Assembly: GCF_036588685.1 (NCBI RefSeq)
Contig: NC_086377.1
Location: 29,326,001 to 29,390,000 of the forward strand
Source of the DNA: Mytilus trossulus
Taxonomy: Eukaryota
DNA: 64,000 bases
Direction: 5' to 3'
The translations under genes and the position numbers were made by a program. A model generated the notes under the pieces. It was not told the origin of the DNA. It ran no database searches and worked only from the letters and a program-made list of their open reading frames with translations. Of this stretch, positions 53,300-64,000 are shown in pieces (within the stretch, counting starts at the first letter, position 1; the number at the start of each line of letters is the position of its first letter).

Positions 53300-55850
53300 G
53301 ACGAATTATTTCCTAAAATTCTCATTGCTGTAGAATTTTAATAGTTTTTTTGACCAAAAATGATTTGATAACTATGAATTGATGTTGTTTTAGTATCAGG
53401 TTAAGTGTTTGTTATTAAATGATTCCAGAAATTCTCATGTTAGAGAGATTTTCACAGTATTTGGTCAAAAAATGACTTTCAAATGCATTTTTATGAACTT
53501 TGATATTGTTAACTGTATCAATTCAAAAGATATGCACCATACTTTTTGTTTTAACTATTTGTGCAGTGATTGTTATTAAATTATCCCAGAAATCCTCACT
53601 TTATGAAGATTTTACAGTATTTTGCCAAAAAATGACTTTAAAATGCATTCTTATGTATTTTTACAACTTTGATATTGTGAACTGTATCAATTCAAAATAT
53701 ATGTACCATACTTTTTGTTTTAACTATTTGTGTAGTGATTGTTATTAAAGGGGCACTAGCTGTCAAATTCATGGTCACCAATTTGACTCAAATTCTCATA
53801 TTTGATTAATAACAATGTAAAAAATTTATCCAATCTATCAAACGTTTAAAATAAACAGTTTACAGAGCATGGGGTAGATGATATGTAGGTTCGTTTCGTG
53901 TGTATTTAAATCCAGACGCCATCTAATTAACTATCGATTTGACCTCAGATGACCATATAAGCGATGTAAACACAAATAAAGATATGAATAGGTTAAACCA
54001 GCACGTGCAATTGGATTTTTATAGGTCTGTTTGATTTGAATTTATAGATTAAAAATATAAGTTACTCATTGTTTTTAACTGTAAAAGAAATGATTTATGT
54101 GGATCGAATTAGTAATCAAATGATTTACCGTAGTTTCACTTTCATTGTTGACATTTTTTTTCTTTAAATAACCAGTTCACGTACAATGCATGCGTTGTCA
54201 GTCTCTAGCTAGGGGGTTAAGTTAAGTTCACATGAATACCGGTTAGAATGATGATGACGTTTTCACTTGCAAGTGAATCAGTCAAAAATTATGTATAATC
54301 GCTTATTTCAACAAAATTAAAGCAAATTGATTGCTAAAAGCAAATTATTATTTCATTATTCCAATCTAATTAATGATAAATCTAAAAAAATATATACTTT
54401 ATTTTTTTATAAATATCGTAGCTAGTGCTCCTTTAAATTATCCCAGAAATCCTCACTTTATGAAGATTTTACAGTATTTTGCCAAAAAATGACTTTAAAA
54501 TGCATTCTTATGTATTTTTACAACTTTGATATTGTGAACTGTATCAATTCAAAATATATGTACCATACTTTTTGTTTTAACTATTTGTGTAGTGATTGTT
54601 ATTAAATTATTCCAGAAATCCTCACTTTATGAAGATTTTTACAGTATTTTGCCAAAAAATGACTTTAAAATGCATTCTTATGTATTTTTACAACTTTGAT
54701 ATTGTAAACTGTATCAATTCAAAACAAATGCACCATACTTCTTATTTAAACTATTTGTGGAGTGATTGTTATTAAATTATGCCAGAAATCCTCACTTTAT
54801 GAAGATTTTTACAGTATTTTGCCAAAAAAATACTTTAAAATGTATTGTTATGTATTTTTACATCTTTGATATTGTAAACTGTATCAATTCAAAAGATATG
54901 CACCATACTTTTTGTTTTAACTATTTGTGCAGTGATTGTTATTAAATTATGCCAGAAATCCTCACTTTATGAAGATTTTTACAGTATTTTGCCAAAAAAA
55001 TACTTTAAAATGTATTCTTATGTATTTTTACATCTTTGATATTGTAAACTGTATCAATTCAAAAGATATGCACCATACTTTTTGTTTTAACTATTTGTGC
55101 AGTGATCGTTATTAAATTATCCCCGAAATCCTCACTTTATGAAGATTTTTACAGTATTTTGCCAAAAAAAATACTTTAAAATGCATTCTTATGTATTTTT
55201 ACATCTTTGATATTTTAAACTGTATCAATTCAAAATATATGCACCATACTTTTTGTTTTAACTATTTGTTTAGTGATTGTTATTAAATAATCCCAGAAAT
55301 CCTCATTTTATGAAGATTTTTACAGTATTTTGCCAAAAAAATACTGTAAAATGCATTCTTATGTATTTTTACAACTTTGATATTGTGAACTGTATCAATT
55401 CAAAATATATGTACCATACTTTTTGTTTTAACTATTTGTGTAGCGATTGTTATTAAGTTATCCCAGAAATCCTCACTTTATGAAGATTTTTACAGTATTT
55501 TGCCAAAAAATAACTTTAAAATGCATTCTTATGTATTTTTACAACTTTGATAGTGTAAACTGTATCAATTCAAAACATATGCACCATACTTGTTATTTAA
55601 ACTATTTGTGGAGTGATTGTTATTAAATAATCCCAGAAATCCTCATTTTATGTATATTTTTAATGGTTTTTGCCCCAAAAAAGACATTTAATTGCAGTTT
55701 AATGTCAATTAAAAACTCTGATATAGGTGTTGGTGTTGTTATATAACATATGCATTATTGGATACATTTAACTTGTGTTTAATAAATTTGTTATTACTCA
55801 AATCCAGAAATTCTCACTTTTTCTTGATTTTTTTACTTTTTTGCCCAAAA
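53300..55850. repeat. ~170-bp tandem satellite-like array between the transposase and the element end
   Basis: ccagaaatcctcactttatgaagatt recurs at about 53585, 54442, 54611, 54781, 54951, 55121, 55292, 55462, 55632, with degenerate edge units. Confidence 0.95.
53749..54432. mobile_element. Kolobok-like MITE inserted in one satellite unit
   Basis: TTAA TSD on both sides; TIR aggggcactagct / agctagtgctcct. Confidence 0.85.
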
Positions 55851-55948
55851 ATGGTGAAAAAATGGCCAAAAGTGTTAGAAAATAACATTTTATGGCAAAG
55901 TCATGTTAGTTTCACCAGGAAATCCTTCACAGCACTAGTTTTGAGATT

Positions 55949-55980
55949 GGGCCAAAAATGGCCCTTAATGACCCTTCTCC
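55949..55980. mobile_element. Probable right TIR of the ISL2EU-like element
   Basis: Reverse complement ggagaagggtcattaagggccatttttggcc resembles the TIR at 3736; followed by TTT; matching left TIR not found. Confidence 0.5.
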
Positions 55981-56006
55981 TTTGTCATAAAAGAAAGCAT
56001 TATTGA

Positions 56007-58672
56007 CTATCTTGAATGTCTTTTTCTTCGAGGAATGGGATTGCTTTGAAATTCTCTGATTTCCCATAGCTGACAATTTCCACGTGCTGAGGCCATAACA
56101 GTTGGTGATCCTGTGACATGTAAGGCTAATGCATTCCTTTGGAAATCTTGGACAGTTGGGTTATCACATCTACCTCCCATTCCACGTTGCTTCGAAAAGT
56201 ATGCTTCCAATGGTTCCTGGTTGAATTTGTGGCTCGTTAAGAACTTTACATCATCAAGGGGTAAAAGCTCTTTCGCAAGGGACACAAAAGACTTTACTGA
56301 AAGAAACAAATTGTACAAAAATTAGAAACTTAATTACATACAATTTCTATCTTACAATATTTTGTCTTTTTATGAGCATGTGTGTATTCCTTTGGGCATG
56401 ATATTTATCAAAAATTGAAAAAGTTGAGATAATGAAACTGTTATTAATTGTACTAATTGAAAAATATGAAATGTAATAGTACCAGTTATTCGAAATCCTT
56501 CTGAAGTCTCTCTGCTCAAGCATAACTTGTTTTTTTCCTTCTGTGTCAAGTCTGGCTGCTGCTGACAACTGGCTTCCCACTGATCAAGCCACCCAATGAA
56601 ATCTTTTTCCAGCCACTGAATTATTCAAAATCATAAATTGGAAGTGTTTTGTATATAATTATCATGAATGATGTAAAATTGTCATTCAATGAAAACACAT
56701 TTAAAATTACATAATTACAGTGTATGACCATTATGACGAGAATGCAATCAACAACATATATCTATTTGTATCTAATATTGCTTGTCTTTATCATGTTTAT
56801 ATAGTACTTATCAAAAAGAAGATGTGGTATGATTGCCAATGAAACAACTATCAACCAAAGACCAAAATGACACAAACATTAACTTGCCAATGAAACAACA
56901 ATGAACAAAGTCCATACCGCATAGTCAGCTATACAACATAAGAACGAACTATAAAAATTAGTTAAAAAATTCTTAACTCATCAGATAGATATAAAATACA
57001 AGTGGACGTGGTCAGGTACTTATACATCCCAACATTTACATGTATACAAACATGCACTACATCTTAAATTAATTTGTACATGTTGATCACATTTAAGTTT
57101 ACCTCAAACCGCCAATCTTGAACATCTCTATAAGGAAACAATGCTGTTTTTTTAGTGTGTAAACCTTCTGTGATGTTTCTCACATTTAAGCAGTCGAAAA
57201 ATGTATCAACTTTCTGAATAAAAAGACATAAAGACTGGGTGTCCTGTCTACCAATCAGATGCAAGGCATGTGCTGTACTACTACTCAAGACCTGTAAAAC
57301 ACACATACACATATGAGTTATACTAAAACACTGGTGCCGCCAATTTGATTGATTGATTGATTGTTGGTTGCTTAACGTCCAGTGGCAAATATTTCATGCA
57401 TATTCAGGACGAGAACAAGTTAACAATAAATACTATAGGTAGGTTGTTAAAATAGAGGATGATGGTCGGAGAAATTTGGACTGCCACAGGAAAATGAGGG
57501 TATATTGGATAGAGACAGAAATTTTGCCTTGCAACAGGCCACCTACGGACCCCTCAAAGAGTTGTTGCAAGGGTTCTTAACGTGCAAAGAGCGTGGCACT
57601 CTCTTTACACGAGGCATCGGATTTAACGTCCCCCTTCTGACCGGACGTGACTGCGAACTTATACATCCCGCACAGCCAAACGGACGCCCCACTTCGGCAA
57701 GCGTTTTACTGCCGGTCGGGAGAAGACCAAGTGACCATATTTCTATACCCCAGTCACCCTTTGGGATCCGCCAATTTGAAACATAATATATATATTATGA
57801 GATAAAACTTGTATAACCATAAAATGAAGGTCTACTGTTTAACTACATAAAATTACTATAGGACAAACAGAGAAGAGACCAGAAAGCACAACACCTTAGT
57901 ATAAAAAATAACCACAATAACGTTATTTTCTCTTTCAACAAATTGTCTTAAAATTGGTTATGTTAGTTATTACCTGAACTGCCAGTCACGCATTCGTAGA
58001 GTTGGTGTAAGGTAAAGATGTTCCACTGTAATCCTGGGTAGAAGTCTCAAACCAAGACCCTGAAGATCATTCTCAACCAATCTCACTATTTGTGTCCATT
58101 GAAGAGATTGACCATTATACTATATTAAATTTTTTTTTTTAATTAATTCGTCATGATTATTCCAGATATATTTGCAACTGGACATTTAGGAAACACTGAA
58201 ATGTTATTCCCTGTATATATGTTATAACATAAAAAGTGGTTGCCAACGGTTCTAATGTGACCATTTTGTAGTTAGACATATATTTTCAATTTCATGACTT
58301 TTTTCATGTGTGGTCCTGTGTGATGCATGCAGTTGTTTAAAAAAGGTTTGGGTATTACCGTACAGGAACCAATACATTTTCTATATAAAAATTAAAGAGA
58401 TTTGATATGATTGTAAAAGAGACAAATATCCACCAAATTAATTCAAATGATGTGGATATAGGCAATTAAATGCTACTGTTCAGCCTTCAACAATGAGTAA
58501 AACCCGCACCATAAATACACATACATTGCAGCATGCTTAAGACCTCAACATGTAAAGCCCTTTCTTCTTGTTCTTAATTATTTGTATCTATATTTATGAC
58601 TAACTTACATGAAGATTTCTCGTCTTGTTGTGCCAATTTGAGTTTTCTAAGTTGTTTCTTGTGGTTTTCAGT
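56007..58672 (-). pseudogene. P-element/THAP9-like transposase, 3' exons only (about 58672-58608, 58115-57974, 57291-57102, 56615-56482, 56297-56007)
   Basis: LLKTTRNNLENS; EHLYLTPTLRMR..AVQ|VLSSSTAHAL; DTFFDCLNV; KFNQEPLEAYFSKQRGMGGRCDNPTV. Confidence 0.8.
57349..57767 (-). mobile_element. SINE-like retroposon with (ATCA)n tail
   Basis: 12-bp TSD ccgccaatttga; tandem 4-mer tail; second copy at 62901. Confidence 0.85.
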
Positions 58673-58714
58673 AAGTGGGGTACATCACAAAAGAAATAAA
58701 TCCTTCTTTCGGGA

Positions 58715-59407
58715 AAATACTGCTGGGCCAAATTAAACCAAACTTGGCCATAATCATTATTAGGGTATCTAGTTTAATAATTGTGTCCGGTGACCCGCCG
58801 AACCTTCCAAGATGGCCGCCATGGCTAAAAATAGAACATAGGGGTAAAATGCAGTTTTTGGCTTATAAATCAAAAACCAAAGCATTTAGAGCAAATCTGA
58901 CATGAGGTAAAATTGTTTATCAGGTCAAGATCTATCTGCCCTCTAATTTTCAGATGAATCAGACAACCCGTTGTTGGGTTGCTGCCCCTGAATTGGTAAT
59001 TTTAAGGAAATTTTGCTGTTTTTGGTTATTATCTTGAATATTATTATAGATAGAGATAAACTGTAAACAGCAATAATGTTCAGCAAAGTAAGATTTACAA
59101 ATAAGTCAACATGACCGAAATGGGCAGTTAACCCATTTAGGAGTAATTGCCCTTTATAGTCAATTTTTAACCATTTTTCGTAAATCATAGTAATGTTTTA
59201 CTAAAATCTTCTCCTCTGAAACTACTGGGCCCGCCAAGTTATTTATAGATAGAGATAATTGTAAGCAGCTAGAATGTTCAGTAAATTAAGATGTACAAAC
59301 ACATCACCATCACCAAAACACAATTTTGTCATAAATCCATCTGCGTCCTTTGTTTAATATTCACATAGACCAAGGTGAGCGACACAGGCTCTTTAGAGCC
59401 TCTAGTT
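58715..59407 (+). mobile_element. Partial copy of the Helentron-like element of 20936-22713, opposite orientation
   Basis: Ends ggtgagcgacacaggctctttagagcctctagtt; internal unit is the reverse complement of the 21-22 kb repeat. Confidence 0.85.
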
Positions 59408-60999
59408 ATCTCTATCCTCTGCTGGTCATATTTGTCCTTCAACTGTTGTGAGGTAAAGTATTTCCAATTCGTAAAGCTTTTAGGACTTTTTACTATTCTT
59501 GAATTCCCGCTAGATGTGCCTCCCTTGATATTATAACAGAGTTGCATCCCTTTAAGAAGTACGAGTATTTCCCCTAACCGAACTAATGGTTCAGTATGAC
59601 AGACCATTAAAAAAATTAGTAACAACAAAAACAAAATGCAAATCATAAACACAGTACTTATTACTATAGCTGTGACGACTCTAACAGCAAAAGTACTGAA
59701 CCTTAGCACTACTATCAATTACATCAATGATCTGACAAGACAAAGTAGTCGGCACTATAACAGCAGTTCTTCAGACAACTCTTGGTCAATCACAAGTCAA
59801 GAACAAAAAAGGCAAACATATCTACCCTCTCAATAAACATCAGTATAAGGAGAGGCAGAGAAATAAAGCATAATAAATTAGTACTTACTTACCTATGTAG
59901 TCTTCTCTTAGTAAATTCTTATGCGCCTTAGCCAAACCCAGGTCCTTCAAAATACCCCTGCGGTTCTTGTTCTAAAGCAGTCACATGGAGACAAACAGCA
60001 GTCTGCTGTGACACATGTGATGAATGGTATCACAACAAATGTGAAGGTATTGATCAGCACATGTATAAAATCCAAAATAATAGCAACATCTCTTGGGAAT
60101 GCATTAAATGTGGCATGCCAAACTTTTCTATCACATGTTTTAACACCACTATTGAAACATCAAATAGCTATGCAGACTTAAGCACAGATGATAACACACG
60201 AAGCTTAGTTCACATCAAAACACCAACTCATACATCATCACCAATACTCAAACAAAAATCAAAACCATTTAAACAGAATAAGAAACAAAGTACAGTTCCA
60301 CCTCTCCGTGTACTCACTATTAATTTTCGATCAATAAAAAACAAAAAGCCAGAAATTGATGAGATGATAGACTCGTGAAAACCTGATGTTATATTTGGAA
60401 CTGAAACTTGGCTTTCAAATGACACATCAGCATATGAATATATTTCTCCATCCAAATACACCAAAAAAAGGAAAGATGGTTATGGAGGTGTGCTACTCGC
60501 AATCACAAACACTTATTACATCACATGTGCCTGAATTAGACACAGATTGCGAATTAATATGGGCAAACATAACTCCAACGGGAAATAAAACCATCTATCT
60601 TGGAGCATATTATAGACAACCATCAGACAAACGGGAATCACTAGAACATCTATGTACCTCACTAAATAGGATATGAAACATATCCAGTGCAAATATCATG
60701 CTCAGTGGTGATTTCAATTTAGGCCATATTGACTGGTCAAATTCATCAGTAATACCTAGCAAACCAGATCCTTCTCTTCATCAACACCTATTAGACCTAT
60801 TAGACATATTACAAGATCACAATCTCACACAGGTAGTTGACAAAACAACAAGAAATGACCGCACACTTGATCTACTGTGCATGTCAAATCCATCCCTAGT
60901 AAACAGAGTAGAAACATTACCACCACTGGGTGATCATGACATAATCTTCAGTGAAATTAATCTTTCCCTCTCGAAAGCCAAACAGTCACCACACAAAGT

Positions 61000-61545
61000 G
61001 TTCATTTGTTTGAATTTGTTTGTTAGCTTTTTGGTCACGAAGGTTTGTCTCTAATATTTAATTAACTGTGCATTTGTATTCAGATATCGCAGATCAAATT
61101 TATTCGTTCATTGTGTAATCATACGTTTTTTGATTGAATTAAGTCTGCCAATTGATATTTTATCGTATGTTTTTCTATGTTGTGATGTTATGCTATTGTT
61201 TCAGAAAAAGGGAGAAGCTTTGGATCCATTAAAACGTTTAATCCCGCTGCAAATGTTTGCACCTGTCCTAAGTCAGGAATCTGATGTACAGTAGTTGTCG
61301 TTTGTTTATGTAATATATACGTGTTTCTCGTTTCTCGTTTTGTTTATATGGATTAGACCGTTGTTTTTCCCGTTTGAATGGTTTTACACTAGTAATTTTG
61401 TTGCCCTTTATAGCTTGTTGTTCGGTGTGAGCCAAGGCTCCGTGTTGAAGGCCGTACTTTAACCTATAATGGTTTATTTTTTTAAATTGTTATTTGGATG
61501 GAGAGTTGTCTCATTGGCACTCACACCACATCTTCCTATATCTAT
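61000..61545 (+). mobile_element. Abundant short interspersed repeat (other degenerate copies near 1460, 2600-3080, 5060, 6850, 17560-17730, 44030-44385, 48230-48700, 56815-57035, 58400)
   Basis: Shared end gagagttgtctcattggca(a/c)tca(t/c)accacatctt; LINE sequence resumes after it. Confidence 0.75.
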
Positions 61546-62900
61546 TTACAAGAAAGCAGACTGGGAAAAAAATGAAAAAGACTTAAAAACAACATACACA
61601 CATATGAAAAAACACAAAATAGAACTTGATATTGACAATATGTGGATTTTTTTAAAACTAAAACAACAGACAGTATCCAAAAGCATATACCAACTATAAG
61701 TAAGCTAATAGGAAATAAAACCCACCTACCAGGGATAGATTCAAAATTGGATAACAAACATACCAAAAAATTCAAACAAATTGAAACACAATTACAGAAA
61801 GAGATGAGAAATGCCTATTGGAATTATATCGAAAACATGGTTTTTGACATTGAACATTCGAGATTTAACAAACAACCTAAAAAACTCTTTTCATACATAA
61901 AAGACCAAAACAATGAAAACAGTGGTATTGTACCTCTTAGGAGTGAAGGTTTACTTCATATAGATCCCTTGAAAAAAGCTTACATATTAAATGAACAATT
62001 TAAAACAGCTTTTACATCTGAGACCAATACAGTTATCCCTGACAAAGGTCCATCAACACATCCAATAATGGACGACATAGACGTCGAAAGAGAAGGCATC
62101 TATAAATCAATTAAAAATATAAACCCCAAAAAAGGCAACAGGACCTGATAACATTACTGGAATAGTGCTTAAAGAAAACATCAACACATGCAAAGACATA
62201 CTCATTCTAAGTTTTACAAAATCAATGCAAACAGGAAAAGTTCCTCACGATTGGAACCACGCAAATGTAACACCTGTTTTCAAAAAAGGAGACAAACATC
62301 ATCCTGGTAACTATCGTCCAATTTCACTAACATGTATTTCATGCAAATTATTAGAGCACATAATTGCAAGCAACATTATGAAACACCTTGAATCCAACAA
62401 CATACTTTATGACACCACTTCAGGGCAAATAGATCATGCGAATCCAAATTATATCACTAATTCACCAACTGTGTTCAAATAACGAAAAAAACATACAAAC
62501 TGATCTAATCATCATGGATCTCTCAAAAGCATTTGACAAGGTTCCCCATAACCGTTTACTATATAAACTTAAATTTTTTGGTGTATCAGATCAAGCCGCA
62601 AACTGGATACAATCTGTCCATTCAAATCGTACACAAACAGTTATGATAGAAAACCATTCCTCTGACAACATACCAGATACATCAGGTGTTCCTCAGGGCA
62701 CTGTATTAGGTCCAATACTATTTTTAATATATATCAATGACTTTCCTGACTACTTACATCACAGTCAAATCAGGCTCTTTGCTGACGATAGCATCATTTA
62801 CAGACAGATAAAATCACCATCAGATTGCCTTAAACTCCAGGAAGACCTTGTTGGGGCAATCAAATGGGAACAAGACTAGCTTATGCAATTTAACCCCGAT

Positions 62901-63322
62901 TGATTGATTGTTGGTTGCTCAACGTCCAGTGGCAAATATTTCATGCATATTAGGACGAGAACAAGTTCACAATAAATACAATAGGTAGGCTGATACAATA
63001 GAGGCCACCTGGGATGATGGTTGGAGAAATTTGGACTGCCACCGGAAAAAAGGGTATATTGGATAGGGACAGAAATTTTGCCTTGCAACAGGCCACCTAC
63101 AGACCCCTCAGAGAGTTGTTGCAAGGGTTCTTAACTTGCAAAGAGCGTGGCACTCTCTTTACACGAGGCATCGGATTTAACGTCCCCCTTCTGACCGGAC
63201 GTGACTGCGAACTCGATACATCCCGCACAGCCAAACGGACGCCCCATTTCGGCAAGCGTTTTACTGCCGGTCGGGAGAAGACCAACTGATCATATTTCTA
63301 TACCCCAGTCACCCTTGGGGAT
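62901..63322 (-). mobile_element. Second SINE-like copy, inserted in the CR1 RT domain
   Basis: Imperfect 14-bp TSD aatt(t/c)aaccc(c/t)gat; same ends as 57349-57767. Confidence 0.85.
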
Positions 63323-64000
63323 AATTCAACCCTGATAAATACAACATACTTAGAGTGACCAAAAAGAAAACACCTATCCATTGTTATTATAACATGCACG
63401 GTCACATTCTTGAGTCAGTTGAAAATGCAAAATAATTAGGTATAACTATTTCATCAAATTTAAAATGGAACAAACACATTCAGAACATGACATCTAAAGC
63501 AAATAAGACCCTTGGATTCATCAGAAAAAACTTAAAAATAAACCCAGTAACCATCAAAGACCGAGCATACCAACCCTTATAAGACCAAAACTTGAATACC
63601 GGTGCACTGTCTGGGACCCTTACACAACAGAGAACATTAACTCCATAGAAAACGTTCAAAGACGTGCAGCGAGATATGTATGCTCAAATTACAAATATAC
63701 TGAAAGTGTAACAAACATAATTAACACACTTCACTGGCCAACATTACAAGAAAGGAGACACATTAAAGGTGTTTTGTGTATCGTTTTGTATATAAATTAG
63801 GCCTTGCTTTTCTCATATAAATTGTTGTACATTGGCAATTGATGTTAGGTTTTAATCATAGCTTACTTTACTTCAGTATGTTCTCAATGAAGAATGTCCA
63901 TCATTTCACATCATCTTTTTTTTATATCATAGTATTCCATTTATTTTGTTATCAAACTAGATATGTTCGCACTTATTCTATTGACTGAACTATTATATAC

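Larger units (their letters stand above)
59630..63760 (+). pseudogene. Decayed CR1-group LINE: 2A-like NPGP, PHD finger, APE, RT; interrupted at ~61000-61545 and 62901-63322
   Basis: PNPGP-SKYPCGSC..CCDTCDEWYH..C..WECIKC; INFRSI, GTETW, GDFN, LDL, GDHD; NYRPISLT, DLSKAFDKV, GVPQG, LFADD. Confidence 0.88.

Noticed and set aside
57505-57786. ORFs within the SINE copies (also 63014-63289)
   Set aside because: Incidental frames in a GC-rich non-coding repeat; they diverge by indels between copies

Overview
AT-rich eukaryotic (metazoan) DNA made almost entirely of nested transposable elements with spliceosomal introns. The abundant short repeats look like those of bivalve molluscs (Mytilus-like; inference). 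No host gene, rRNA, tRNA or CRISPR array is supportable. Contents left to right: a hammerhead-ribozyme remnant; non-autonomous TIR elements; a MULE remnant; a near-complete L2/CR1-group LINE (about 9.2-13.4 kb); a decayed cassette on the + strand of chromodomain gene + RAG1/Transib-like DDE transposase + PWWP/Tudor-like and PHD finger region (14.0-25.1 kb). That cassette is split by an apparently intact 3-exon Crypton tyrosine-recombinase element with a large terminal hairpin, and by a Helentron-like insert. Next is a 16.9-kb Sola2 transposon with 22-bp TIRs and an ATAA TSD, holding a 3.3-kb internal duplication, a young gag-only LTR element (HhH-like Gag N-terminus, -1 frameshift pseudoknot) and a ~196-bp-periodic array of inverted 9-mers. 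Then come an intact 3-exon ISL2EU/Harbinger-like transposase with a SWIM finger followed by a 170-bp satellite, a decayed P-element transposase, two SINE copies and a decayed CR1 LINE with PHD finger and 2A-like motif. The best candidates for an undescribed system are the chromatin-reader-equipped RAG1-like transposon and the Crypton whose two ends, once joined, are exactly complementary to an internal hairpin arm. All calls rest on motif recognition by eye; no searches were run.
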